A DNA stretch of 64,000 nt from Actinomycetota bacterium (GCA_009886035.1 VFJN01000022.1:28593-92592), one strand, 5' to 3'; counted from the stretch's first letter, positions 10,878-21,421 are shown. Notes: generated by a model not told the origin, from the letters alone. Program-made: numbers and translations.

Positions 10878-10896
10878 GTGGTCGGATAGGGGTGGA

Positions 10897-12618
10897 ATGG
10901 TCCAGTCACCCGAAGATCTCCAAGCCACTTTCTGCTCCACCCTGGTGGATGAATGGGCTCGCCAGGGCGTGGTCCATGCCGTGGTGTGCCCCGGCTCGCG
11001 CTCTACCCCTTTGGCTCTCGCCCTGTGGGCCGAGGAGCGGATCACCGCGCATGCGCACCACGACGAGCGCAGCGGCGGGTTCTTGGCCCTGGGCTTGAGC
11101 GCCGCCACCGGCGAGCCCACCGTGGTGCTCACGACCAGCGGAACGGCGGCGGTGGAACTGCACCCCGCCGTGGTGGAAGCTCACCTCGCCGGGGTGCCCT
11201 TGCTGATCTGCACCGCCGACCGGCCCCCCGAACTCATCGGTGTGGGCGCCCCGCAGGCCATCGACCAAACGCATCTCTACGGTCGTTCGGTGCGTTGGTT
11301 CCACGCCCCGGGGGTGGCTGACGCGGCGGCGATGCCGGGATGGCGGGCCATGGCGGCGCGGGCGTACGCCGAGACCAGCGGGCTCAATCCGGGACCAGTT
11401 CATCTGAACCTGGCCTTCCGGGAGCCGCTCATCGGCACCCCGGGCGACCTTCCCCCGGCCCGGCCCGGCGGTGGAGCCTGGGCGTGGCGTCCGGCGGCGG
11501 GTGCGCCGAACGCGCCCGCGGTGGGGTTGGCCGACGACCTCGCAGGACGACGCGGTGTGATCGTGGCGGGGGCGGGATCGGGTTCGGGAGCCGCCGTGGC
11601 CCGGGTGGCCAACGCCCTGGGTTGGCCCGTGATGGCCTCGCCCGCCGCCGCCGTGTGGAGCGAGCCGGGGGCACCGGTGGTCCCCGCCCCCGATGCCCTC
11701 CTGCGCGCCAATCGGGTGGACCTCGGGCCCGAGGTGATCGTGCGACTGGGGGGACCACTGGCGTCGCGGGTGGTGGGCGAGTGGTTGGCCGCTAGTGGTG
11801 CCGCCGAGGTGGTGGCCGCCGGCGCGTCGCGCTGGGCCGATCCCCACGGCACGGCCAGCGTTGTCCTTCCCTTGACCGCCGATGATCTCCTCGATGCCTG
11901 GCTCCTGGAGGTGGCGACCATCACCCCCACCGACGGCGGTGCCTGGGCGCGGCGCTGGCGCGATCATGGGGACGCCGCCGCCGCGGCGCTCAGCGCCGCC
12001 TTGGCGGCGGAGATCGAGCCCACCGAGCCAGGGATCGCTCGTGCGCTCATTGGTGTTCTGCCGTCGGGAGCCGCGCTGGTGGCGTCATCGTCGATGCCGA
12101 TCCGCGACCTCGAATGGTATGTCCGCCCGGCGGTGGCCCTGGAGGGGTATGCCAACCGAGGGGCCAACGGGATCGACGGTGTGGTGTCCACCGCGGTGGG
12201 GATCGCTCTCGCTGATCCCACCCGGCCCACCGCGCTGCTCATCGGCGACATCGCGTTCATTCACGACAGCAACGGTTTGTTGGGGGCCGCCGAGCGTGGC
12301 CTCAACCTCGTGGTTGTGGTGGTGGACAACGATGGTGGGGGGATCTTCTCGTTCCTCCCGCCCGCCGATGCCTTGGCTGCTGATCAGTTCGAAGCCCTTT
12401 TCGGCACACCCCACGGGCTCGACCTCGTGGCCCTGGCGCAGGCCTATGGAGCCCAGGCCCGCCGGGTGGATGACCTCGCTCCCGCCGTGGTCGACGCCTT
12501 GGCCAGTGGGGGTCTGCACGTGCTGTTGGTGCGCACGGATCGACACGCCAACGTGGCCGTTCACCGTCGACTCAACGACGCGGTGGCCCTCGCAGTGGAG
12601 CGCCTGTCGAGTTCGTAG
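10897..12618 (+). CDS. menD: 2-succinyl-5-enolpyruvyl-6-hydroxy-3-cyclohexene-1-carboxylate (SEPHCHC) synthase
   Basis: ThDP-enzyme motifs (VCPGSRSTPLALAL, TSGTAAVELHPAVVEA, GANGIDG, VVDNDGGGIF). Start is ambiguous (10861/10876/10897). Confidence 0.85.
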   Translation: MVQSPEDLQATFCSTLVDEWARQGVVHAVVCPGSRSTPLALALWAEERITAHAHHDERSGGFLALGLSAATGEPTVVLTTSGTAAVELHPAVVEAHLAGVPLLICTADRPPELIGVGAPQAIDQTHLYGRSVRWFHAPGVADAAAMPGWRAMAARAYAETSGLNPGPVHLNLAFREPLIGTPGDLPPARPGGGAWAWRPAAGAPNAPAVGLADDLAGRRGVIVAGAGSGSGAAVARVANALGWPVMASPAAAVWSEPGAPVVPAPDALLRANRVDLGPEVIVRLGGPLASRVVGEWLAASGAAEVVAAGASRWADPHGTASVVLPLTADDLLDAWLLEVATITPTDGGAWARRWRDHGDAAAAALSAALAAEIEPTEPGIARALIGVLPSGAALVASSSMPIRDLEWYVRPAVALEGYANRGANGIDGVVSTAVGIALADPTRPTALLIGDIAFIHDSNGLLGAAERGLNLVVVVVDNDGGGIFSFLPPADALAADQFEALFGTPHGLDLVALAQAYGAQARRVDDLAPAVVDALASGGLHVLLVRTDRHANVAVHRRLNDAVALAVERLSSS

Positions 12619-12656
12619 GCTCCGAAACGGTGCGCCAACCTCGTAGCGTTAGAGGC

Positions 12657-14105
12657 ATGACCGGTCGCCGCACCAAGATCGTCGCCACCATCGGTCCGGC
12701 CTCTGATCCACCGGAGGTACTCCAAGCGCTCTTTGAGGCCGGCGCCGATGTGGCTCGCCTGGGGCTCGCTCATGGCCCTCTCGATGAGAGTCTGGACCGC
12801 ATCAAGCGGGTGCGCGCCGCCGCCATCGGGGCGTCCCGACCGGTGGGGATTCTCGTGGACCTGCCCGGCCCCAAGGTGCGCACGGCCCCCTTCAGAGGCG
12901 ACGGCGTGGTGCTGCAGGCAGGGGCTGGCGTTCGCCTAATCGAGGCCAGCGAGGGAGATGTCAGCACCGCCGAGGTGGTGGCGGTGCAGGTGGCGGGGGC
13001 GCTAGAGGCTCTTGAGCCAGGGGATCGGGTGGCGTTGGGCGACGGCGGTGTGGTGCTGGTGGTGAAAGAGCACCGCGACGATGGTGTGCTCGCCACCGTG
13101 CTGGGCGGAGGGGTGCTCCGGGCGCGCCAGGGCGTGACCATGCCCGAGGCCCGGGTCACCCAACGCTCGCCCACGGAAGACGACTTGCGCATGCTCGAGC
13201 GCGTCTTGGAAGCGGGGGTGGATGCGGTGGCGGTCTCCTTCGTGCAGACCGCCGATGATGTCGCCACCATCAAACAAGCCATCGGGTCCGGCGGGCCGGT
13301 CGTGGTCGCCAAGATCGAGACCGGCCCGGCCGTGGACCACCTGGAAGACATCCTTCACGTCGCCGATGCAGTGATGGTGGCGCGGGGCGATCTGGGCGTG
13401 CGGCTTCCCTTGGAGGATGTTCCCCACATCCAGAAGCAGATCATTCGGCGGGGAGTCACTCATGGAAAACCGGTGATCACCGCCACGCAGATGCTCGAAT
13501 CGATGCTCACTGCCCCCACCCCCACCCGCGCCGAAGTATCCGATGTCGCCAACGCCGTATTCGATGGCACCAGTGCCGTCATGCTCTCCGGTGAAACCGC
13601 CATCGGGCAGCATCCCGTTCTGGCCGTGGAGGCCATGGCTCGCATCACGGCGCGGGCCGAGCGCGATTTCGACTACGAGGGCTGGGGCACCCGCCTGGGC
13701 CAGCAGCAAATGGCGGGCCTTTCCACTGCCTCCAGCATGGTGCGCACCACCTCGGCCATCACGGCGGCCGCCTGGCGGGCATCGGTAGACGCGGAACTGG
13801 CCGCCATCATCGCCTGCACCAACACCGGCACCACGGCGCGCATGATCAGCCGGTTTCGGCCCATCTGTCCGATCCTGGCCATCACCCCACACTGGAGCAC
13901 CGCCCGCCAATTGACGATGGCTTGGGGCATTCAGTCTGTGGTGGGTGAGACCCACACCACGCCCGACGACACCGTGTGGCACGCCGTCAACGCCGCGGTG
14001 CGTCTCGGGGTGGTGCGGCCCGGCGATCTCGTTGGGGTGCTCGTGGGCTCACCGGTCACCACGGAGCCCTCCACCGACACCTTGCGTCTCGTGCGGGTGA
14101 GGTAG
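12657..14105 (+). CDS. pyk: pyruvate kinase
   Basis: ATG at 12657 preceded by AGAGG. RRTKIVATIGPAS, MVARGDLGV and ATQMLESM motifs. Confidence 0.9.
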   Translation: MTGRRTKIVATIGPASDPPEVLQALFEAGADVARLGLAHGPLDESLDRIKRVRAAAIGASRPVGILVDLPGPKVRTAPFRGDGVVLQAGAGVRLIEASEGDVSTAEVVAVQVAGALEALEPGDRVALGDGGVVLVVKEHRDDGVLATVLGGGVLRARQGVTMPEARVTQRSPTEDDLRMLERVLEAGVDAVAVSFVQTADDVATIKQAIGSGGPVVVAKIETGPAVDHLEDILHVADAVMVARGDLGVRLPLEDVPHIQKQIIRRGVTHGKPVITATQMLESMLTAPTPTRAEVSDVANAVFDGTSAVMLSGETAIGQHPVLAVEAMARITARAERDFDYEGWGTRLGQQQMAGLSTASSMVRTTSAITAAAWRASVDAELAAIIACTNTGTTARMISRFRPICPILAITPHWSTARQLTMAWGIQSVVGETHTTPDDTVWHAVNAAVRLGVVRPGDLVGVLVGSPVTTEPSTDTLRLVRVR

Positions 14106-14112
14106 CCGAGTC

Positions 14113-15348
14113 CTACTCCTGCGTCAGCGCGCCGAGCATCGCCTGCAGTTTGACTTCGGTTTCGGCCAATTCGGTCTGCGGGTCCGAGTTCGCCACGATG
14201 CCGTTGCCTGCCACCACTCGGGCGGTGGTCTCGTGCACGTCAGCACAACGGATACTCACCGCAAAGGTGCCGTTGCCTTCGCCGTCCACCCAGCCCACCG
14301 TACCGCCGTAGCGACCGCGGGCAAACCCTTCGTGGGCCGCAATCCAGGCCTGTGCGTCGGCCCGGGGCCAACCGTTGACCGCCGGGGTGGGATGCAGCGC
14401 CGCCATCAGTTCCAAGATGGAGGGGGCGGGATGGGAGAGGCGACCCTCCACCAGGGTGGCGAGATGTTGCAGGTTCGCCATGGTCACCACCGTCGGCTCG
14501 GGTTCGTAATCAAGGTAAGAGCACCACGGCAGCAAAGTGTCGAACACCATGTCGATGGTGATCTGGTGCTCGCCGCGATACGTGCTCGAGCCCAAGAGCC
14601 CCGCCGCCAAGCGAGCGTCGTCATCGTGGCTCTCGCCTCGGCGAACCGTGCCCGCCATGGGTTGGGCTGTCACGATGTCGCCGGCTCGGCCCACGAGCAA
14701 CTCGGGACTGGCCCCCAGGAAGCCGTCGATGTGAAAGAGAAAGCACCCCGGGTAGGCCGACCGCAGTCGGGCCAGCACCACGGCTCGATCGAAGGGCACA
14801 TCGGCTTCGACGAGGATCTCGCGTGCCAACACCACCTTGGCCAGTCCATCGGGGCCCGCGCCGCGAATGGCCTCGGTGGCTTGCGCCACCCGGTCGCACC
14901 ACCATTCGGCGGGGCGAACGGGCGTGATGTTGATGTGCTGGGGGAGGGGTGACGGCGCAGCGGTGGGAGCCTCGCACAATGAGGCCACCTCGGGGCGAGG
15001 GCCATCGGGGGGCCCGATGGTGGTGACCCACCTCGTGCCTTCGGCGTCTCGTCCCCACACCACCTCCGGGATCACCATCTCATCGTGCGTGTCGGGTTCG
15101 GGGTGGGCAAAGGGCAACGCGCCGAAGGCCACGGCTCCGGTGCCGGGTAGGGCGAGGGGGTTGTCGACGTCGATGGCGGCGAGAGCGTCCGCTACTTCTT
15201 GTCGGCCTACCCGGCGGGCAACCCCGCGGCCGGCGAGTCCCACTCGGGACCGTTCGAGGAGTACCCCTTCCCCGCCGGCGAGCGCGAGGAGGTCGAGGTC
15301 GTGGTCTACCCGTCGGGTACGGGCGAGCAGGGGTGGCCCCGGGGTCAC
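14113..15348 (-). CDS. menF: isochorismate synthase
   Basis: Chorismate-binding C-terminus (RGRYGGTVGWVDGEGNGTFAVSIRCA...AGNGIVANSDPQTELAET). The start overlaps the menG stop by 4 nt. Confidence 0.8.
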   Translation of the reverse strand: MTPGPPLLARTRRVDHDLDLLALAGGEGVLLERSRVGLAGRGVARRVGRQEVADALAAIDVDNPLALPGTGAVAFGALPFAHPEPDTHDEMVIPEVVWGRDAEGTRWVTTIGPPDGPRPEVASLCEAPTAAPSPLPQHINITPVRPAEWWCDRVAQATEAIRGAGPDGLAKVVLAREILVEADVPFDRAVVLARLRSAYPGCFLFHIDGFLGASPELLVGRAGDIVTAQPMAGTVRRGESHDDDARLAAGLLGSSTYRGEHQITIDMVFDTLLPWCSYLDYEPEPTVVTMANLQHLATLVEGRLSHPAPSILELMAALHPTPAVNGWPRADAQAWIAAHEGFARGRYGGTVGWVDGEGNGTFAVSIRCADVHETTARVVAGNGIVANSDPQTELAETEVKLQAMLGALTQE

Positions 15349-16073
15349 GAGGGCAAGGGATCGGGGCGGCGGGTGGCGGTTACGAGTTGGGCAATGCCCG
15401 CCGAGAGCAGCCGCCGCTCCACGTCCACGAAACCGGCGGAAGCCAATTCGCCCAGCATGACCCCGGCCGGGGGCAGGTAGGCCACCGAACGCGGCAGGTA
15501 GCGGTAGGCGGCCGGATCGGAGAGCAACCCACCCACCAGCGGAACCACCTTTCCGAAGTACACACGGTGGCCAAATCGCAGCAGTGGGTTGGGGGGTTCC
15601 GCCACCTCGAGAAGGGCAATGCGACCCCCCGGGCGCACGACGCGGGCGAGTTCGGCAAAAAAGGGCGGGAGGGCCTCGAAGTTACGGAGGGCAAACCCGC
15701 AGGTGACGCCGTCGACCGACCGGGCGGGGAACGCCAGACCGAGAGCGTCGCCGTGCACGAGGGGGGCGCAGGTGTGCGCGGCGGCCAACATGCCAAAGGA
15801 CATGTCCACCCCGACGGGGGTGAGGCCCTGCCGGTGGAGTTCGCCACACAGATCCCCGGTCCCGCAGGCCACATCCACCACGGTGGCACCGGCGGGGAGG
15901 CCGAGGGCGGCCACGGTGCGTCGTCGCCAGCGCACATCGAGGCGGAAAGTCATGATGCGGTTGACAAGGTCATAACGCGGGGCGATGGCATCGAACATCG
16001 ATCGAACGGCCTCCACCTTCTCCTCGCCCACGGGAAGGACCTTCGGCATCGTCATTTTTGTCATCACAACCAT
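15345..16073 (-). CDS. menG: demethylmenaquinone methyltransferase
   Basis: MFDAIAPRYDLVN and VVDVACGTGD motifs of UbiE/MenG. Start is uncertain (16073/16064/16055/16049). Confidence 0.85.
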   Translation of the reverse strand: MVVMTKMTMPKVLPVGEEKVEAVRSMFDAIAPRYDLVNRIMTFRLDVRWRRRTVAALGLPAGATVVDVACGTGDLCGELHRQGLTPVGVDMSFGMLAAAHTCAPLVHGDALGLAFPARSVDGVTCGFALRNFEALPPFFAELARVVRPGGRIALLEVAEPPNPLLRFGHRVYFGKVVPLVGGLLSDPAAYRYLPRSVAYLPPAGVMLGELASAGFVDVERRLLSAGIAQLVTATRRPDPLPS

Positions 16074-16087
16074 GGTAGGAACCTGCC

Positions 16088-16798
16088 GTGCCGAAGCCAC
16101 CACTCATGATCTTTTTGCCCCCCTCCGAGGGCAAAGCGCCGGGCACCGCTGGCTCCTCGTGGGCCAAGGGGATCATGGCCGAGGAGGGATTGGACCACGC
16201 TCGCGCCATGGTGCTTTCCGCCGCCCGGGCCGCGGGGGCCGCACCGCCGCCCTCGGGAGTGTGTCCGGCGATGGAGCGCTACACCGGGGTGCTCTACCGG
16301 GAATTGGCCTGGGCCACCTTGCCTCTCGCCGCCCGGCGCCGCGGTGAGGCGCAGGTGCGCACGGTATCGGGCCTGTGGGGATTGGTGGCTCCGGCTGATC
16401 CCATCCCGTTCTACAAGCTGAAGATGTCCGCCTCCCTGGCCGAGTTCGGCCGGCTGGCGACGTGGTGGAAGCCGCGCCTGACTCCGGCGGTAGCCGACCT
16501 CGTGGAGGGGAAGGTGGTGTGGGATCTCCTTCCCCTCGAGCACCGGGCCGCCATGGATTGGCCCCTCACGGGCGCCTCCCGGCGCGTCACGGTGCGATTC
16601 CTGGATGCCGATGGCCGGCTCGTGAGTCATTGGAACAAACTGCTCAAGGGGGCGCTGGTGCGCTGGTTGCTCATTGAGCAGCCCACCGGTCCAGAGGCCC
16701 TGGCGCAGTTTGAGCATCCGCTCGGCTATCGCTTCGATGCCGGCGCGTCGGAGACGGAGGGCGCAGAGCCCGTCGCCGTCCTGCGCGCCGCGCCCTAG
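16088..16798 (+). CDS. yaaA: YaaA-family peroxide stress protein (DUF328)
   Basis: GTG start. LPPSEGK N-terminus, YTGVLY, LSGLWGL-like SGLWGLV, and the HxxK region SHWNKLLKG. Confidence 0.75.
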   Translation: MPKPPLMIFLPPSEGKAPGTAGSSWAKGIMAEEGLDHARAMVLSAARAAGAAPPPSGVCPAMERYTGVLYRELAWATLPLAARRRGEAQVRTVSGLWGLVAPADPIPFYKLKMSASLAEFGRLATWWKPRLTPAVADLVEGKVVWDLLPLEHRAAMDWPLTGASRRVTVRFLDADGRLVSHWNKLLKGALVRWLLIEQPTGPEALAQFEHPLGYRFDAGASETEGAEPVAVLRAAP

Positions 16799-16808
16799 GC
16801 TCAAAGCC

Positions 16809-18131
16809 TTGTCGGCGCGTCCCCACTTCTCCATCGCCAGAATCCCGGTTCGGGTCGAACCGGTCTTCTTCGTCATCTCCACCCTGTGGGGCCTCACGTA
16901 TCTTGAGTTGGGCCTCGACGTGGTGGGGGTGTGGGTCCTGGCCTCGTTCATCTCCATTCTCGTGCACGAACTCGGTCACGGTCTGGCGCTCAAGGTTCTC
17001 GGTGAGCCCTCGGCCATCGTGCTCCACGGCTTCGGCGGGGTAACGGTGAGTAACCGGCGCGGCGGGTTGTCGAAGGCTCGCAGCGTGTTCGTGAGCGTGG
17101 CGGGCTCCCTCACCGCCATGGTGTTGTTGTGGTTGCCGTCGCGCACCTACATCGGGATGGCCTCCGCCTCCGGGTCCCTGTACGACATGCCCAAGATGCT
17201 GTACTACGGCGTGGAGTTCCTCGCTTTTCAGAACCTGTGGTGGTCCGTGCTCAACTTGCTCCCGATTCGTCCCCTCGACGGCGGCAACGTGACGGCGGAG
17301 TTGTTTGGGATCCACGCGGCGCGACGCATCTCCATTGGCGCGGCCATTCTCGGAGGCGTGGCCGCCCTCATCACCGGATCGAATTACGCCACGTTCTTTC
17401 TCCTTTTTCTGGCCTACAACAACTGGCAGGAGATACGGATGGAGCGCGGCGGCGACGGCCCCGACGTGTTTGCCGTCGAGGCTCCCGCAGTTGCCCCGCA
17501 ACGAGCCAAACTGCGGGCGGCACCCGGCATCGCGCCGGTGGCGGTGTTACCCCTGCCGGATCCCGCGCTGGTGCAGCAGATGGCGTGGACGGCCTTGCGT
17601 GACGGCGATACCGCCGCCGCCCGCCGGCTGGTGGTGGGTCTTGGTCCGGCCGCCGACCCGTATCTTCTCGCCACGATGAGTCTTATCGACGGCGAACCCC
17701 AGGCGTTTGATCTATTTGAAATCGCCTACGTCGCCGCGCCGGGGGGTCCGCCCAATCTGGTAGCCACCGAGACGCTGGCCCGGGCGGGGGCCGCCGAAGC
17801 CCTGGCCCGTCGGCTCCTGGATCGGTCCGATGGCCGGGGCCGCGACGGCGCCAGCAGTTTGCAAACCCATCTGCATTACGCCGGTCACTTTGCTCAAGCG
17901 GCCGCAGTGGGGGAAGCGGTGTACGCCGCCGATCCGGCCAGCGCGGCCCAGACCGCCTTTGAGGTGGCCTGCAGTTGGTCGCAGGCTGGCGCGGTGGACA
18001 AGGCCGTGGACTGGCTGGGTCGCGCCGCCGATGCGGGGTTCCGAGCCGCTTCGCTGGTGGACGGTGAGCCCGATCTGGCGTTGGTGCGCCAGGACCCTTG
18101 CTGGGCCAGTCTTCGGGTCCGCCTGATCTGA
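16809..18131 (+). CDS. site-2 protease family (peptidase M50) membrane protein with helical-repeat C-terminal domain
   Basis: TTG at 16809, just after the yaaA stop. HELGH zinc motif in a TM helix and NLLPIRPLDGG. The Ala-rich C-terminal ~190 aa look TPR-like. Confidence 0.7.
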   Translation: MSARPHFSIARIPVRVEPVFFVISTLWGLTYLELGLDVVGVWVLASFISILVHELGHGLALKVLGEPSAIVLHGFGGVTVSNRRGGLSKARSVFVSVAGSLTAMVLLWLPSRTYIGMASASGSLYDMPKMLYYGVEFLAFQNLWWSVLNLLPIRPLDGGNVTAELFGIHAARRISIGAAILGGVAALITGSNYATFFLLFLAYNNWQEIRMERGGDGPDVFAVEAPAVAPQRAKLRAAPGIAPVAVLPLPDPALVQQMAWTALRDGDTAAARRLVVGLGPAADPYLLATMSLIDGEPQAFDLFEIAYVAAPGGPPNLVATETLARAGAAEALARRLLDRSDGRGRDGASSLQTHLHYAGHFAQAAAVGEAVYAADPASAAQTAFEVACSWSQAGAVDKAVDWLGRAADAGFRAASLVDGEPDLALVRQDPCWASLRVRLI

Positions 18132-18155
18132 GTCGGACCCGCTGAGGGGGGTGCC

Positions 18156-19811
18156 CTAGTGGGCGGCGCTGGCTTGTTCCTTCGCCCAGCGGTAGTCGGC
18201 CTTGCCGGCGGGCGATCGCATGATCTGGTCCACCATCACGAACGCTTTTGGCAGTTTGTAGCGGGCGACGTGGCTGCCGGCGATGGCCAGGAGGTCGGCT
18301 TCGGTGGCCGTCGCACCACTCTTGAGTTGGACGATTGCCACCACTTCTTGTCCCCACCGCTCCGACGGGCGACCGGCGCACACCACGTCGTACACATCGG
18401 GGTGGTGGGCGAGGGCCTGCTCCACTTCTTCGGCGAAGATTTTCTCCCCGCCGGAATTGATGGTGGCTGAGTCGCGTCCGTACAACTCGATGATGCCCGC
18501 CGCCGTGAGGCGAGCGCGGTCACCGGGTACGGCGTACCGGATGCCGTCAATCACCGGGAAAGTGCGGTCCGTTTTATCGGCATCGCCGAGGTAGCCGAGC
18601 GGCACCCGGCCTCGCTGCGCCAGCCAGCCGGTTTCGGCATGACCAGCCTCGAGCGCGGTCGAGAGATCCTCGCTGACAATGGCGGCTCCCGGTCCGGGAG
18701 TGAAGGTGCCCGTGCTGGCGGACTTCCCGGCGGCACTCATCTGCGACATTTGACTGCCGGTCTCGGAGGCCCCCACGGCGTCCATCACCATCGCCGTGGG
18801 CAACTGCGCCAGCCAGCGATCTTTGATCGACGAGTTGAGAGGCGCCCCCCCCGAGACGACCATCAGCAGGGAGGAGACGTTGTAGGCATCGGGCGCCGCC
18901 ATGGCGGCTTCGAGTTGGTCCACCAGAGGACGTCCGAAGGCATCGCCCACGATGAGCAGGATGTTCACCTGCTCGCGTTCGATGGTGCGCCAGATGTCAT
19001 CGGGATCGAAGCCGACGGTGTCGTTTTGGATGCAGACCGTATTGCCACCGGCGAACGCGTTGAAGGCCAGCCAGTGGCCGGCACCGTGCATGAACGGCGG
19101 CGCCGGCAGAAGGCGGGCGCCGCCGTTGATGGCCGCCTCCACCACTTCATCGAGGCTTTCCCATTCGGCTCCGGTGGCCAGATTCCGTCCCCCCATCGCC
19201 GCCACAAAGATGTCGGCCTGGCGCCACAGCACGCCCTTGGGCATGCCGGTGGTGCCGCCCGTGTAGAGGATGTAGAGGTCGTCGGGACTGTGCTCTACTG
19301 CGGGCGGTGTTGGGGCGGCAGCCGCAAGGGCTTCCTCGTACCATTCGGCTCCGTCGAGCAAGGGCGCCCCGGTGCCATCGTCGACCTGGAGCAGCACGCG
19401 CAGCCGGGGGAGGTTGGGGCGCACCTCAGCCAGGCGGGCGGCGAAGGCGGAGTGGAAGATGACGGCCTCGGCGCCGGCGTCGGTGAGCAGGTAGCTCAGT
19501 TCCTCCGCCACGTAGCGGTAGTTCACGTTGATCGGCGCCACCCTGGCCTTGTAGGACCCGAGCATGGCCTCGAGGTACTCGTTGCCGTTGTGTAGGTAAC
19601 AGGCCAGATGGGATTGTCCCGATTCATGGCCCGCCAGCGAGGAGCGCGGCGTCCGCTGGCCGAGCCCCTGGCGGAGGAGATGGTTGGCCAAGCGGTTGGT
19701 GCGCTCGGCCACCTGGGCGTAGGTGAGGCGCCGATCACGCCACACGATGCATTCGCGCTCGGGCACCGCCTGGCTCACGGCATCGTGCACCTGTGCGAGG
19801 TTGAACTCCAT
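18156..19811 (-). CDS. acyl-CoA synthetase (AMP-binding enzyme)
   Basis: ATG at 19811 (MEFNLAQVH...). ILYTGGTTGMPKGV, GASETG and SGGEKIFAEEVE motifs. Confidence 0.8.
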   Translation of the reverse strand: MEFNLAQVHDAVSQAVPERECIVWRDRRLTYAQVAERTNRLANHLLRQGLGQRTPRSSLAGHESGQSHLACYLHNGNEYLEAMLGSYKARVAPINVNYRYVAEELSYLLTDAGAEAVIFHSAFAARLAEVRPNLPRLRVLLQVDDGTGAPLLDGAEWYEEALAAAAPTPPAVEHSPDDLYILYTGGTTGMPKGVLWRQADIFVAAMGGRNLATGAEWESLDEVVEAAINGGARLLPAPPFMHGAGHWLAFNAFAGGNTVCIQNDTVGFDPDDIWRTIEREQVNILLIVGDAFGRPLVDQLEAAMAAPDAYNVSSLLMVVSGGAPLNSSIKDRWLAQLPTAMVMDAVGASETGSQMSQMSAAGKSASTGTFTPGPGAAIVSEDLSTALEAGHAETGWLAQRGRVPLGYLGDADKTDRTFPVIDGIRYAVPGDRARLTAAGIIELYGRDSATINSGGEKIFAEEVEQALAHHPDVYDVVCAGRPSERWGQEVVAIVQLKSGATATEADLLAIAGSHVARYKLPKAFVMVDQIMRSPAGKADYRWAKEQASAAH

Positions 19812-19954
19812 GCGACCATTCCCCCTGGGCTCGGCGATCGACGAACGGCACAGTACGCGGATCAAGCGCCGTCGGTGAAGTTGGACCGACCCCCGAGGCA
19901 GGTCGGCATCCCCCAAGTGCGCGATGGCGGTAGGTATCCGCTAGAAGGGGAGGC

Positions 19955-20914
19955 ATGTCACGCACCTTCGGAGTGTTCATTCCCCAGGGTTGGAAGATGG
20001 AACTGGCCTCCATCAAAGGCCCGCAAGCCAAGTGGGCCAAGGCCATCGAGGTGGCGGTGCTCGCCGAGGAACTCGGGCTGGACTCGCTGTGGACCTACGA
20101 CCACTTCCACAATGTCCCGCTCCCGGCCCACGAGACGATGTTCGAATGCTGGACCACGCTGGCGGCAATCAGCCAACGTACGAGCAAGATCATGCTCGGG
20201 CAGATGGTGGGGTGCGCTCCGTATCGCAACCCGGCGCTGTTGGCGAAGATCACCGCCAACATCGATGTGATGTCGGGTGGCCGGCTGATCTGGGGGATCG
20301 GGGCCGGGTGGTACGAGCACGAGTTCAAGGGGTACGGCTACGACTTCCCGAAGGCGTCTGATCGCATTCGGGTGATGCGCGAGACGGTGGAGATTGTGAA
20401 GGCCTTGTGGAGCGAAGCCGACGTCTCCTACGACGGGAAGCACTTTCACCTCGACGGAGCGCAGTGCGATCCCAAGCCCCTGCAGCAACCGCATCCCCAG
20501 ATACTCATCGGGGGCGGGGGGGAGCAACTCACCCTGCGGGTGGTGGCCCGCCACGCCGACGCGTCGAACTTCGGCGGAAACCTGGCCGAGTTCGCCGCCA
20601 AGACCGAGATCCTCAAGCAGCACTGCCGTGACGTCGGTCGCGACTACGACGAGATCCAAAAGACCTGGTCACCGGAGATCTTCATACGGGAGAGCGAGGC
20701 GGAGCTGCAGGCAGCGGGCTCTCGTTCGTTCTGGGGCGAGCCGGTGGAGGCGTGGACCGCCGGCAATATTGTGGGCACGCCCGAGCAGGCGGCGGAGAAG
20801 ATCCAGCAGTACATCGACCTCGGGTGCACCGGATTTTATCCGTGGTGCAGCGACTACCCCGAGACCGAGACCCTGCGCCTCTTCGCCGAGCAGGTGGTTC
20901 CGCACCTGCGCTAG
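19955..20914 (+). CDS. LLM-class (luciferase-like) F420-dependent oxidoreductase
   Basis: Family-typical DSLWTYDHF, GRLIWGIGAGWYEHEF and ILIGGGGE motifs. Confidence 0.8.
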   Translation: MSRTFGVFIPQGWKMELASIKGPQAKWAKAIEVAVLAEELGLDSLWTYDHFHNVPLPAHETMFECWTTLAAISQRTSKIMLGQMVGCAPYRNPALLAKITANIDVMSGGRLIWGIGAGWYEHEFKGYGYDFPKASDRIRVMRETVEIVKALWSEADVSYDGKHFHLDGAQCDPKPLQQPHPQILIGGGGEQLTLRVVARHADASNFGGNLAEFAAKTEILKQHCRDVGRDYDEIQKTWSPEIFIRESEAELQAAGSRSFWGEPVEAWTAGNIVGTPEQAAEKIQQYIDLGCTGFYPWCSDYPETETLRLFAEQVVPHLR

Positions 20915-20926
20915 CGACGGGGTGGC

Positions 20927-21385
20927 CTACTCGTAGTAGCGGAAGAGATTTTCGCTCACACAACTCGGCTTGGCGGCCCCTTCACATTCGAAGGTGAAGC
21001 GCATCTGCACCTGACAGCCGCCGGGGATGTCGGTGACCGACACGAGGTCGACGCCCACTCGCAACTTGGCGCCTACCGGCACCGGCGCGGGGAATCGCAC
21101 TTTCTCGGCGCCGTAGTTCACGCCCATCTTGATGCCCTCTACCCGCACGACCTGGGGTACGAGCACCGGGCCGAGCGACAGGGTGAGGTAGCCGTGGGCG
21201 ATGGGTCCGCCGAAGGGACTCTCCGCGGTGGCCCGTTCTGGATCCACATGAATCCACTGGTGGTCACCGGTGGCCTCGGCGAAGAGGTTCACCCGATCTT
21301 GGGTGATTTCGAGGTAGTCGCTGTAGCCGAGGTGCTGTCCAACGAGTTCTTTGAGTTCGGCGATGCCGTGCACAGTGGTGGTCAT
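20927..21385 (-). CDS. MaoC-like (R)-specific hydratase/dehydratase
   Basis: ATG at 21385. Hot-dog hydratase motif FAEATGDHQWIHVDPERA...FGGPIAHGY. Confidence 0.8.
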   Translation of the reverse strand: MTTTVHGIAELKELVGQHLGYSDYLEITQDRVNLFAEATGDHQWIHVDPERATAESPFGGPIAHGYLTLSLGPVLVPQVVRVEGIKMGVNYGAEKVRFPAPVPVGAKLRVGVDLVSVTDIPGGCQVQMRFTFECEGAAKPSCVSENLFRYYE

Positions 21386-21421
21386 GTCGAGATCATGCCG
21401 CACGCGCGAGGATGGAGCGCC

